A stretch of DNA of 63,986 nucleotides, filler included, from Octopus bimaculoides (GCF_001194135.2; 6 parts of 6 records of this genome joined end to end with filler, not necessarily neighbours in it); one strand, 5' to 3'. Positions 1 to 12,336 are shown, counted from the whole stretch's first letter. Notes: generated by a model from the letters alone, not told the origin. Program-made: numbers and translations.

Positions 1-281
1 AAATTGATTCGCTCCCTAATTAGTTGGGCTATGACCCTCTCTGTAACTTTCATAACCTGATCTAACAGCTTGATGCCTCTGTAATTATTTGTATCTAAAG
101 CGTCCCCTTTACCTTTGTAGCAGTTGACTATGATGCTGCTACACCAGTCATAGGGTATGACTCCTTCGTGTATCACCTGGTTCGTAATACGGGTGACTAG
201 GCTATAGCCAACACTGCCAGATATTTTGAGCATCTCTGCAGTGATTCCTGATGGGCCGGGGGCTTTCCCGGTCTTCATACT

Positions 282-284
<3 letters not shown>
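1..284 (-). mobile_element. RTE-clade LINE fragment (start of RT domain)
   Basis: Minus strand reads KSMKTGKAPGPSGITAEMLKISG...DWCSSIIVNCYKGKGDALDTNNYRGIKLLDQVMKVTERVIAQLIRER. Same family as 3900-4182 and 16326-16733. The 5' truncation abuts (TA)n. Confidence 0.9.

Positions 285-321
<37 letters not shown>
285..321. repeat. (TA)n microsatellite
   Basis: Direct reading. Confidence 0.98.
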
Positions 322-322
<1 letters not shown>

Positions 323-848
323 TTCTGGCTCTGATGAAAGTAGCATTATTTTCCTTAGGTCGTTCAATTTTTCCCAACTGATCAATAGACCAATTGAGTA
401 AGCTTATCAGTAATGTACTATAATGACTACTGGAAACAGCTGTAAGCCTAACTTGCTCCAACAAAGGAAAAATATGTAATGACTATTATTTGTAACTTGT
501 TTCTTATATGTAAATATGTGATAATTTCAAAACTTTCACGAAATGTATTTGGTTATTTTTGTGGCCATACTCATCAGAGTTTTGCTTTTATTTTCATCTC
601 TTTTCATTAAGACATGTTTAATTACGAACGATTTTTATATTGTTTGTATTGAGAGAATTTTTAAATTCATAAAGTTAAATAAATGCAAATAGTAAGAATA
701 CAGTTAAATAAGTTTGAATTATTAAATTCAATAAACTAAATAAATGTTTTATAATTTAAAACAATTGCTAAATTGATATTTGTTGACTGAATATGTTTGA
801 AAAGATGTACAGGAAAACTGAAGATTAGTTCAATTTCTTTGAATGCAG

Positions 849-1005
849 GAATATGAAATGCACTTTTCTGAAATTCAAGCAAAATATGAGGAAGAAAGAA
901 ACAATAGAGCAAAGCTCCAGGAAGACATGACAAAACTACAAGATTTTTATGAATCAAAGCTATCATTTGTTGATGGACAAATTGCAGAACTGCCAACTGA
1001 TCAAG
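849..1005 (+). CDS. KIF17: Internal exon of homodimeric kinesin-2 KIF17/OSM-3 (first stalk coiled coil)
   Basis: Acceptor tttctttgaatgcag|GAA, donor CAAG|gtagg, 157 bp, phase 0 to 1. EYEMHFSEIQAKYEEERNNRAKLQEDMTKLQDFYESKLSFVDGQIAELPTDQ resembles the recalled KIF17 segment EYEERLARLKADYKAEQESRARLEEDITAMRNSYDVRL. Confidence 0.78.
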
Positions 1006-1162
1006 GTAGGAATTATACACTGTATTTGGAGTTTAATCAATAGATAGAATGAGAGAGCTTATAAAACTAAAATGTAGTATAGTGTCCTGGATTGTGTATT
1101 TGTGATATCTGTTGTAATTTATTTGTTTCATCTTTGGTCAACAATTCATATTACTTAGAATT

Positions 1163-1320
1163 AATGATTTCAGATTTTGGCATTAGGCCACCAATTTTGG
1201 GGCAAAGTGCATAGTCGATTACGTCAACCCTAGAGTTCAACTGGTACTTATTTTATTAACTCCAAAAAGATAAAAGGCAAAGTCGACTTCGATGCAGTTT
1301 CAACCCAGAATGTAAAGAGG
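1163..1320 (-). mobile_element. tRNA-derived SINE family A (5'-truncated)
   Basis: Shares the core ...caactggtacttattttat...aaaggcaaagtcgac... with many other copies in the window. Confidence 0.85.
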
Positions 1321-1329
1321 TACATACAT

Positions 1330-1680
1330 ATGTTCATTCATTCATTCTCTTCTGTTTTTAATTATTTAAATTCTTCTTCTGAAGAAGGAGGTGATTTCTG
1401 ACAAAGATACAAAACTCCATTGTTGGAATGTAGATAATAAAAGCATGTCACATTTTAAACTTGAGAAAAGTCTTGCAGAGTTTTACTGTTCTACTTACAG
1501 ACTGTATTTGTAATGTGTGAGTTAGTTGGTTGATTTTTTTCTGAAAACTCTAGTTTATCCAGGTTGTCCTTTAAACCAAGGACACCAGATTGTCATGAAA
1601 CCTAGTGCACCAATTATTATTGGTATAAATGTGAACTTATAATCTGAATATAGTAACTAGAGGTTCCAATGAGATATTTC
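1330..1680 (-). mobile_element. R4/Dong-like non-LTR element 3' end (restriction-like endonuclease C-terminus plus 3' UTR)
   Basis: Frameshifted minus-strand reading DYKFTFIPIIIGALGF...KDNLDKLEFSEK..NQLTHTLQIQSVSRTVKLCKTFLKFKM*. Homologous to 29344-29570 and 61169-61475. Confidence 0.75.
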
Positions 1681-1689
1681 TTTCCTGTC

Positions 1690-4185
1690 TGTATCTCTCC
1701 TGTTCCCTGTTGCAATTGCTGCTCCCTGCTATTTCTCTTACTCCCTTAGGGCAAAGTCTGCCATCTTCGTCCATTTCTGGCTGTTGCCTCCACACTTGTT
1801 CCCCACCTCTCAGACTTTCATTAGTTTATTCCATATGTTTGGCTGTTTGATGACACTCAAAAGTATGCACAGCTAAGCTATGAATTTCTCTTGTTTTTTA
1901 ATTGCCTTATTCATTCAAACTCATCTTTTCCCTAAAATAATTCTTTCTTGTTTATTCTACCGCTAAGATGACCAACTTTGTTCTTTGGTTACATGTATGT
2001 GCATATTTCGTACTTTTCTCTAAAATAATTATTACTTGTCTGCTCCTTAAACTGACTCTCTCATGTCCGTGGTTGCAACCACACTTTCCCACCCCCACCA
2101 CCAACATCAGAAATCTCGTTTTCTTACTGGATACCTATTGCCCTTTCCTTCTCTCCTCTTATATTGGTAATATCACCACCCTTCCTTTTCTCTATCCTTC
2201 ATCTCTGTACTAACTAAACCAGATAGCAACCCATTTACCCTCTCTCTCCATTTTTCTTACATTTATATCTGCAGCATCAGTAATGCTTACACCCACCATG
2301 CCCATAATGCTTATATTTGCAATGTCTCAAACTCTTTCATATACAATGCTTCCTTACTACCACCCACCAGTAGAGGCAACAGCCTCAACAATTCTAACAT
2401 GTTTGAATGACAGTAAGTTAAAAGCAAGAACAACTATTATGACTTCTGTTACCAAACGATCACGAGAATCTTCATTTCAGGTGTTGAATAACATCTCTCC
2501 TTCCTGTGTTACTTCCCATATCTCTTTCCCAGTTTTCAGAGTTGGCACTGTAAATGTAGGCACATTGAAAGGTAGGTCTAGCAAGATTGTAGAGATGCTT
2601 GAATGGAGATGTATTGATGTATGTTGTGTACAAGAGGTAAGGCGGAGAAGAGGATCAGCTAGAGTCCTCACAGGCAAAGCACATAGGTATAAACTCTTCT
2701 AGGAAGGTAATAGTGATGGAATAGGAGGTGTGGGCATACTTCTTGCAGAGAAATGGGTGGATAAGGTCATAGAGGTAGTGAGGGTGTGTGATAGAGTACT
2801 TAAACTCAGGATAGTCTTGCAGAATGGTATAGCTACAATTATCTCTGCCTACGCCCCACAAGTGGGACTACCAAATGAATGGAAGGATCACTTTTATGAT
2901 ATTCTTTTGCAGGATACCTCAAAGACGAGTGACAATGATCTCATCCTTGTGACTGGAGATTTTAATGGGCATGTCAGACAGCAACCTGGTATCTTCCATG
3001 GTGTAGATGGGGGCCATGGAGTTGGTACCAGAAATGAAGAGGGATCATGGCTCCTGGAGTTCAGCGATGCAAATAACCTATTGATCTGCAACACCAACTT
3101 AAGGAAGCCAACTAGCCACCTGATAATCTATCAATCAGGTGACTCTGCTAGCCAGATTGATTTTATTCTCACCAGACAGAGGGATGCCTGATTGCTCTTA
3201 AATACAAAGACTCTCCCTGGTGAAGAATGTACCCTCCAGCATAGACTAGTTATTAGTCTTGAAGCCAGAAGGATGCCAAAAAGCAGACCAATCTGGAAAA
3301 GAATGACTTGGAAGCTTAAGAACCCTTCACATGGTCAGAGATTTAGGGATATCCTTACCGAGAAATTTGATGATAGGGAGGACGCACTACAGTCCTGTAA
3401 CATAGAAGGCAGCTGGGAATTCCTATGAGACAGCTTGCTGAGTGCTACTGACCAAATCTTTGGGTGGTGCAAAGTCCCTTCCAGACATAGGGTAACATGG
3501 TGGTGGAACAATACTGTAGACAGGGCCATTAGAGCAAAGTAACAGGCCTGGAATGCCCAGAAGAGTGGAGGTAGCAGGAGAATGTATCAGATAGCAAAAA
3601 GGGAAGCTAGGAGACAGGTATATATAGCTAAAGGAGTAGCAGAAAAGAAAAACTTTGCCAATGTTCAGTGACATGAGGACTAAAAAACTGAAGTATTTCA
3701 GATTGCAAGACAGTATGTGAGAGAAAACCGTGATGTCATAGGAGAGAAATGTGTCTGCATGGATGATGGCACCCTTGCATTTAATGATTCTGCAAAGAAA
3801 GAGGCTTGGAGAAGCCATTATGAAAGATTACTGAATGTGGAGAAGGAATGGGAGGAGGAGAGTCTACCAAAGGTTGACCCAATTGAGGGACCAGTTACCC
3901 AAATCGACAGTACCCTAGTAGATAAAGCAATTAAGGATATGAAGACAGAGAAAGTACTTGGTTCATCAGGAATCACCCCCTGAGATGCTTAAAATATCGG
4001 GCAGTGTGAGTTATGGTCTAGTCACCTGCATTGTATATCAGGTAGTTCATGAAGGAGTCATATCCAATGACTGGTGTAGCAGCACCATAGTCAACTGCTA
4101 CAGGGGTAAAGGTGATGCTTTATATAGAAATAACTACAGAGGTATCAAATTATTGGATCAGGTGATGAAGGAGAAGATATAACCC
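1690..4185 (+). mobile_element. RTE-clade LINE, 5' half (5' UTR, APE endonuclease, start of RT), inactivated
   Basis: FRVGTVNVGTLKGR...VCCVQEVR, IISAYAPQVGL, VTGDFNGHV, SQIDFIL, QHRLV, then KISGSVSYGLVT...YRGIKLLDQVMK. Multiple stops and frameshifts. Confidence 0.93.
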
Positions 4186-4189
4186 AGGC

Positions 4190-5115
4190 TATTAAAGATT
4201 TAATAGAATAACTATTTTTTGTGAAGTTATGAAGTGTTAGCCAAATGTCTAAGGGTCGAATAATATTTATGTCTACAGGAGAAAATAACATCTGAAAACC
4301 TATTTAACGTTGAAGAATTACACTTACAGAATAGTTAATGACTCTTTAATACAGAATTTACATTTACGTAGTATATATGAATTATAAGGGGAGTGGAGGC
4401 TTCCATAACCATTGATCAGGATAGTTTGTACTGTATATTTTGAGCTTTGAGATTATGAATATGTGTAGCTAGTGAAGTAGAAAATTTGCTTTTTGGGTTT
4501 ATAAAAGAATTGATATGTGCACGATATCTATGCATAAAGTCTACTTGTGTTTGCGGGGTGTCATCACAGTGCATTTATATATCACATTTTTATGTAAACA
4601 AAATCCCTTGAGTGGGCATAAATTGGATGTGTGACAGCTACAGGAATTTTTGTTTGCTTGATAGTCAAAGCACCATCCTAGTGAGGTTAAGTTAGGTTGA
4701 TTTGTTGTCAGTAAGGGAGGGTCTAAGTTGGAATTTATAACAGAATTGGGATGAATGGTTATGTTGGGACTGGTATACATTATTTGGTAATCAGAGTTGC
4801 CGGATACTGTCATCAATTTAGAATTACTTAACCTAGGAGAGTTATTAATAGCTGTGGTACTATTATTGTCTGGATCTGATTGGGGTGCTATATTGGGATT
4901 CATATGTTCAATGAACTGGCCTCAGAGTTTGCGACTATTGAGAGCAGCTATGATAGATTCAAGGTTAGGTGTGATGGAGTATGAAATTTTTATTGAAGAT
5001 TTATTGAAAATTGAGTAATACTTATTCTGTGGTGGAAAGTTTGATTTAAGATTTTTAAAAATAATTTTTGTAAAGATCTAACCTGGAGGGAAAAGGGTGG
5101 TGTGAACCATATAAT
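4190..5115 (-). mobile_element. Penelope-like element, linker plus GIY-YIG endonuclease region, decayed
   Basis: KIIWFTPPFS..., NFPPQNKYYSIFNKSSIKISYSITPNL, SCSCHTSNLCPLKGFCLHKNVIYKCTV, FMHRYRAHINSF...CKFCIKE are typical PLE motifs. Confidence 0.82.
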
Positions 5116-5210
5116 TTATTTTTTAAAATCTTAAAATCAAACTTTCCACCACATTTTAATAAATCCAATAAAAATCATACCTAGCCTTGGATCTATCATA
5201 ACTGCTCTCT
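5115..5210 (+). repeat. Inverted partial duplication of the adjacent PLE 5' end (foldback)
   Basis: ttattttttaaaatcttaaaatcaaactttccaccac is the reverse complement of 5028-5064. Similarity continues, with deletions, to about 5210. Confidence 0.8.
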
Positions 5211-5503
5211 TTCTATTTGGTATAGTTTAAGGAGAGACTGGTTTTTGTCAAGATGATTTGTCCTATACAGTGGATGAACACAGATTTCATTGGAGCCTAT
5301 ATTATTACAATAATTTATACTTTTCAATAAATATTTGGGAAACCTTAAATTAGTTTGTAAATTTTAGACATTAGCTGATGCATTCTAAATGGCACACATG
5401 CAAGATTTTAATATTATGTAAAAATATATGTATGTAACAATAGGTTGGAATGAAATGGTAGTTAACATTAATAAAGAAATGAATGGATGTGAGTGTCAGC
5501 TCT

Positions 5504-5562
5504 CATAATGTATCAGGCTCTATTAAATATTATCTGATATTGAATAGAACCTGATACAAATG
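5504..5562. other. Stem-loop (inverted repeat), 23-position stem, 4-nt loop
   Basis: 5509-5531 pairs with 5536-5558: 20 WC, 1 GU, 2 mismatches. Confidence 0.8.
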
Positions 5563-6047
5563 CATGTTCTCTTGTCTGTTCATCATGTCAGAATTATCAG
5601 TATAACATTGGGGTAAGAGCTAAGGTCAGTGAACTGAAGATGAGTTGATATTCAGATTTTCATAAGGCATTTATTGTTACTAAGATAATACAAGATCTAG
5701 CCATCCAGTAGAGCAAAAGGGAAAAATACAAAAGAAAAGTTTTGTTCGTAGTGGTTACCTATGTGTGTTTACAGAAAAAAAAACAAGAATATTTCTGCAG
5801 AAGTGGTGAATGTACAAATGCTAAACATTTTAACCAGTGTTAGTATAGATCAGGAATAGACAAGTTTTGTTGAGAAGCAAGCTACATGAGACATGGCTCA
5901 TTATCAAGTGAGTTGCACTACTAAAAATATTGAAGGTAATTTTTCATTTGTGTGCCATTCAGAAAGTTTAGCCATGATAATCTTTTGATAGGTCATCATT
6001 TTTCAAGTTGTAAGTGTGATGACCCTGCTGAATACAAAAATTTCACC

Positions 6048-6115
6048 TGATGAGAGTCAGAAGCTATGTGGTGTGAGCTACAAAGCTCATATCATTTAGT
6101 TCCTGACTCTCATTA
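6048..6115 (+). other. Stem-loop, 32-position unbulged stem, 4-nt loop; pre-miRNA-sized
   Basis: 6048-6079 pairs with 6084-6115: 25 WC, 5 GU, 2 mismatches (A.C, U.U). Function unproven. Confidence 0.85.
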
Positions 6116-6402
6116 CCTTCATCCTTAAAATGATTTTCTTCTATAAGCTCCATAACAAATCTGATTGGAGAGTGGACAGAGGTGTGACAATGTCATTATT
6201 TGATTAGTAAAAATCTGGCTATTATTTACATAAAATTTTGCTGGTTAGATTTTTGATGATGTCATTGCATATTCAGCAAAATTCCAACATTTTTTATAAA
6301 AAATTTCTTGATCTGAAACAAGTCCTGGGTTCAAAACAAAGTTTATATCTGACACACACATGCATGCATGCTTGCATGTATGCAGGCATGCATGCACACA
6401 TG

Positions 6403-6410
<8 letters not shown>

Positions 6411-6462
<52 letters not shown>
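6411..6462. repeat. (CA)n microsatellite
   Basis: Direct reading. Confidence 0.98.
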
Positions 6463-6466
<4 letters not shown>

Positions 6467-6539
6467 TTTATGCCATACTTGCATGTGTGAAATGGTTTTT
6501 CTTGACTGATTTTGCAGATGTGTATAATACTTACCTCTA

Positions 6540-6960
6540 ACCTCTGAACTATGGAGTTGGAATGAAATCTACTTTTGTCAGTCAGCAATACATGCCTGTA
6601 AGGAGATTTGATAACATATGTATCACATGATCTGTAGCCATTGTATATAAACTAGTTTTGGTTTAGATTGTTATATCATTGAAATGCAACTGTCCCTTAT
6701 ATGTCATCTTTGGGGATAATGAGAGACTTAATGATATTCTCAACAGCATGTTTTCATAAAACTGTTAAGACATTAAGAGATCCTAGAGGATTCATCCACT
6801 TGATCGTATAAATTTTATGAAGGTCTCAAACACAGTAAATTGTATGTAAATCTGTTGACAAATTAATATAGGGCCTAAGTAACGGTAGCTGCAGTGAGTG
6901 TTTGAGGTCTCTGTGTCTCTTCTTAACAGAAAAGCACTACTGCATTCCTTATCTTATGTA
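6540..6960 (-). mobile_element. Probable Penelope-like RT fragment, strongly decayed
   Basis: Frameshifted minus-strand pieces YDQVD/WMNPLGS and IIPKMTYKG...ND resemble the PLE RT motifs QxDGxxMGSPL and YxRYVDD. Confidence 0.45.
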
Positions 6961-7142
6961 AGTGGGTGCAATAGAATCCTATAACATCTCTTCAAACATA
7001 TTGATGACTTGAACTTAATGGCATTAATAATTATAAAGTTCTACATGATTAAGATTGTTTCTGTGTGTTTACATCTAAAAACATATTTCAGTTGATCAGG
7101 TCTTTGCCTTCAATTATCTGATACATTCATATGGAGAGTTTC

Positions 7143-7371
7143 TTAATCCTTTAGCATTCAAATTACTCTGTCAAATATATTGCCTATTTATTCACATTGT
7201 TTTGAATTAATTATGCATTAGTCTCTCAGCTTTAAGATTTCAATGATGTGAATGGTTATTTTTAGAATGGTATTGTAGGGTAGGTGTGAGAGGTTAGATC
7301 TAGGCAGTTTGATCATTGAACATAGAGAATATTTGGGTCTGATATGGCCAGTTTGAATGCTAGAGGATTAA
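7143..7371. mobile_element. piggyBac-type MITE (about 221 bp) with TTAA target-site duplication
   Basis: ttaa|tcctttagcattcaaa ... tttgaatgctagagga|ttaa; 16-bp TIRs with one mismatch. Confidence 0.8.
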
Positions 7372-7687
7372 ACTGGATTAGCATGTTTTGTTAGATTGTA
7401 GTTTAGGTTTAGAATTTTTAGAAATTTATACAATTTATGCTATAACGATTTATGGAAAAATCATTGGAGTGGAAGAAACAATAAGATGCATAGATTGAAT
7501 TCTTTATAGTATTTACTTGTCAACTATGCCTTTCATTTCTCCAGGTTCAACAGAATAGGTACTAAAGCATGTAGCAGGTAATTGGTTCAGCCTGCTTTAC
7601 ATCCATGGTTAGATGCTAATGTAAAAAAATATTTTTAATATTTGGTGCTTTATTACAATTTAATGTAAGCAAATATTTAAATAATAT

Positions 7688-7897
7688 ATTGGTTTCAAAT
7701 TTTGGCACAAGGCCAGCAAGTCAGCAGGGGGTAAGCCGATTACATTGACCCCCAGTATTCAACTGGTACTTATCAACTCTGAGAAGATGAAAAACAAAGT
7801 TGACCTTGGCAGAATTTGAACTCAGAACATAAGGACAGATGAAATGCCACTAAGTATTTTGCCCGGTGTACTAATGATTCAACCAGCTCACCACCTT
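7688..7897 (-). mobile_element. SINE family A
   Basis: Near full-length copy with B-box-like gagttcaaattc on the minus strand. Confidence 0.88.
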
Positions 7898-9039
7898 AGG
7901 TTAATTAAATACATGCATATTTAGACTATGTGTATAGGTAGCTAAAATGTTAAACTGCTATTTTCATTTCACTAATTCTTATAAATTATCTTAATGATTA
8001 GACTTATTGATAGACTTGGTAGATTAGTGATTGCTGCTTCAGTATAATTTAATGGGTTTGGTATGGGATGTTGTAGAGACAAGAGTTGTTGGTTTGGTCT
8101 GCCCTAATAAAGCAGATCTGTGTTTAAAAGATTTCTAATTGAGGCCAGCAGTTTGTTTTTCTTTTTCCCAGTCATATCTATATTATAAAGATTGTAAGCT
8201 GTGATTTCAGATTTGGTTGCTATTTTTAGCAGATTGAGTGACCATGTAGAGGCTTCACACAAGATCCTTTATACCTACTTTGGTAAAATGGCAAAAGTCT
8301 GTAGACAAATTAGCCTGTGTGACAATAATGCTTTCATCATATCATTACTATAAAATTAATTCCTTTCAACAAAGAAGTGAAACTGGGCTGAATATTTTGT
8401 AATTCAATGGCAAAATCATTAGAACATCAGACAAAAATGCCTTTACAATGTTTACTCTGATTGTTTATGTTCTGAATTCAAATCTATTGATAAGTCAAAT
8501 CATTAAGATAATTTATAAGAATGAGTGAAATGAAAATAGTTGTTTACCACTTTAGCTACCCATACATTTGGTCTAAATATGCATGTATTTAATTAACCTT
8601 TAGTTTGTTTCTCCTTATAACATTTTACAAGAATGCTGTGACTGAAAAGAGTCTAAATAGTTTTCTCACAGTTTCTTCTCCAAATAACAGTAAATAACTA
8701 TACTTGATGATAACCTCAAAGTTTGAAAAGGATACAATCTTGTTTCTCTATTACAGAAAACTTAATACTGTTTGACCTAGATGATAACAGTAATTTCATT
8801 AGTGTAGTGAAAGCTTAGAGCCTTAGATAACCCAAAACATTTAAAGGTTTCAGAGTAACATATTATCATAAACTATTCAAGTTTCATCTTTTGTAAAGTG
8901 ACTGCTGTAGCAAATCATCTTTTATTTCATTAAAACCATAATGCGAATGAGAACATTTAGTACTAATGAGGTTTATTATCTATATTAATTATGATTCTTT
9001 TCTGCTGCAACTAATCAATGTTATAGAAATTGACAACTA

Positions 9040-9235
9040 TTTTGACAAACTGGCTTGTTTTGTGGTGTGAATAATGCACATTCCTGGGGGTCAATTTCTT
9101 GAAAATGTCATGCATGATGCTTTCATATCCCAGCTTCCTCTCTTTGACAATATACTTAACTTTTAATAGTGATTTTGAATGTTTTACACCTAATCTAATG
9201 TTGTCTTCTTTTGTGACAAGAAGCAGCCAAGTAAA
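9040..9235 (-). mobile_element. Possible mariner transposase remnant (second HTH region)
   Basis: VTKEDNIRL...LKVKYIVKERKLGYESIMHDIFKKLTPRNV resembles mariner VTEENI...RRLKVREIAE..GISYGSV...L.MKKLSARWVP. Confidence 0.45.
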
Positions 9236-9825
9236 AAGACAAAAAAAGAAAAAAAAAACATAAAAAAACAAAATGAAAAATAAATTCTTCTGTAGGCATG
9301 GAAGTGATAAAACTGCCAACTGCCACACACAGCTAATTTGTATACTCTTTGATAATTATCACATTCAATATGCTTCTCTCATTATTTCTGATTCTCTCTC
9401 TTTCTCTCTCTCTCTCTTTTTTTTTCTTTTTGTATCAAATATCATTTTGTCTCTTTGTCTTCTACCCATTCTATTATTGTGAACAACAATATTTTTTTTT
9501 ATCACAGGCCAGCTTGTTCATGTCACCACAATATCAGCTACTGTATATTTAAACACATTCACTAGTCTTTAAAATTAAAAAAAAATGTCAAAGTTGACTA
9601 AAAGTTCCTCTTTGAAGCACTTCACACAACATGCCTTGGTATTTTATTATCAAATATTCACTCAAAGTTTTAATTGTTCTTTTCTATTCATCCAACCTGT
9701 TTAATTTGTTCAGAAATTTGATTAAATTTACTTCCTAGTTCTCTCTTTCATGCCCTTTCTCTCCTCATCCTCTCTTTATCTTCACACTCACCCTGCTCCC
9801 GTACATGCACTTAAAGAGTAAAATA

Positions 9826-9863
9826 TGTGTAAGTGTGTGTGTGTGAGTGAGTGTGTGTTTGTA

Positions 9864-9933
<70 letters not shown>
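9826..9933. repeat. Compound (TG)n/(TA)n microsatellite
   Basis: Direct reading. Confidence 0.95.
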
Positions 9934-9934
<1 letters not shown>

Positions 9935-10420
9935 ATGTTTTAAAAAGTTTCATTGAGTAATTTGATAGATTGAAGAAATTACAAAAATGGTCACATTTAT
10001 GCATATTTCAAACGTGTGATATCAGGGAACACAGTTAGCAAATACGGATACTTCCCTCAAAGTTCTTCCAAGTCAATATAAATTTCTATTGGTTTCAGAA
10101 TATTTCTCGTCATTAGTTAGTTAATGTATCATTACAAAAAAAAAAAAGGGAAAAAAAAACGGAATAAAAAAAAAAGCAGAAAAGTTTGGCAGAATGTATG
10201 TTGTGGTGACTAATGAAATTATCTCTTCTGTTATATTCTGTTTTTTTTTTTTTTGTTTTCATTTCTGCTCATATTCAAATCACATTGATCCAATTGATAT
10301 TCTAAAGCATGTCACCACCAACACAAATGACCCATACAGACTCATCTGGTATTTAGTTTAAAAGAGGCACTTGGCAAGTCCACTAAAATACATTTCCTTT
10401 TATCTTGAGACTTTTGAAAT

Positions 10421-10485
10421 CTTTGATTTCACAAGTTCACAACAATTCTCAATTCGAGATTTGTTGTGAACTTGGAAAATCAAAG
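10421..10485. other. Stem-loop, 30-position unbulged stem, 5-nt loop
   Basis: 10421-10450 pairs with 10456-10485: 27 WC pairs, 3 mismatches. Confidence 0.85.
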
Positions 10486-11265
10486 TATTGATCTAGTTAA
10501 TCTTTAGAAGATTTAATGCACAAATAACTGAAAATTAATTGAATTTAGTCATGGATAAAATCTCAACCAAAAAAATATCAGACCCCCATCCCCAGCAAAC
10601 AAAAGCAAAATAAGGGGTATCAGTTGATTTTATACTCTGCTATCATCTTTGACACCGTATGTCAAAGAATGATTGAAAGCAATAAAAAATATTACTGTAG
10701 TTATTGGAAATCCCTAAAAATACCTTGGATATTTTCACAAAATGGAGATTTTTTAATGCTAATTTGAATCACTCATTACGGACAGTGCTTTTAGCCACAT
10801 TTCAGAACTTGAATTTCAGCATTTCAGTGTCCAGGTAAAACATTGATTGCTTTTGAAGAGAAATAAGACAAAATTTTTCTGTAGTTTATTGACACTGACT
10901 TGCTATCTTACTGATATTTACTTGCTCAATCTTACTACAAGTCAACACTAGCAGGATTTGAACTTAAAAATGAGTAGGCTTGTTGCTCAACCAGTGTCCA
11001 TGTCATCTCCTCTGTAAAATATGATTTATCACCAATACAAAATGACTCAGAGGAAAACTTTTCTTTCCCTCATTATTAATCTCAGTGGCTCTCTAGTTTC
11101 AATTTAATTAACAAAATATTAAAAAAAGGCATGTGGAAAAAAGAGAGAAGAGAGAGAGAGAGAGTGAGGGAGAGAGTGAGAAAGAGAGAGAGTGTATGTT
11201 CAGATTATAGAGTTTTCTAAATACTTTATAACAATTATATCACTAATTACATTTATTAACAATAG

Positions 11266-11470
11266 TAATAATAATGGTTTCAAATTTTGGCACAGGGCCA
11301 GCAACTTCGAGGGTTGGGTAAGTTGATTGCATCAACTCCAGTACACCGCTGGTACTTATTCCATTGACCCTAAAAAGCATGAAAGGTAAAGTCAACCTCA
11401 GTGGAATTTGAACTCAGATCATAAAGATAGACAAAATGCCACTAAGCATTTTGCCTGGCACACTAACAAA
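11266..11470 (-). mobile_element. SINE family A
   Basis: Same core; (AAT)-rich tail on the left. Confidence 0.88.
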
Positions 11471-12062
11471 GCATGTGCAAGCACGCACGCATGCACGCAC
11501 ACACACACACACACACATGTATATTTATATATATCTAATACTGGACATCTCATCTGGCTTCCAGAAACGAATACTGTACAATACCATGAAATATACTGTA
11601 CCCTGTATTAAGTAAATAGACCTTGTTTTTGAAGTTGATTATTTTGCATATGGTTTGTTAATAATAGTTTTGTTCTTCATTTTTTTAAATGAATTGATGA
11701 CGATTAAACATACACTGCTTTAAAATTGTATTAATTTGAACCTGTATCTGTTAAATAAAATCACAATCTTTACTTTTCTTCATTTAATTTTCATCCTATA
11801 AACATCATACAGTATACATGATATGGTATGATATATTCTAAGAATTTTAAGTTATTTAATAAATATCAAACAGATTCTGCTTTAGAAGTGTATTAATTTG
11901 AATCTGTTAAATAAAGTTTATCTCTATTTTTCATTGTTTATTTTATATTTTTAAGTATATATTTAGGCTGTCTCCAGGGAACTGAAAATCCAGAAATTCA
12001 GAACATTTCTGATTCCAAACTTGCTGGACAACTGGTCTGGTACTGTATTTATATATGTATAA

Positions 12063-12116
<54 letters not shown>

Positions 12117-12223
12117 NNNNNNNNNNNNNNNNNNNNNNNNNNNNNNNNNNNNNNNNNNNNNNNNNNNNNNNNNNNNNNNNNNNNNNNNNNNNNNNNNNNN
12201 NNNNNNNNNNNNNNNNNNNNNNN

Positions 12224-12259
<36 letters not shown>

Positions 12260-12336
12260 TAGGCAATGGGCATGAAAAAAGACAGCATGGAAGGGATGTT
12301 GAATTAGTTTAAAAAAAGGGATAGAGTGCATAAGTA

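Noticed and set aside
1562-1621. Apparent phase-1 exon (cag|GT...ATTG|gtata) after the KIF17 exon
   Set aside because: It is the antisense strand of the R4-like element's coding region.
6046-6115. CTGATGA followed by a stem, as a hammerhead ribozyme
   Set aside because: The stem is followed by TCATTA, not GAAA; the word is part of the palindrome.
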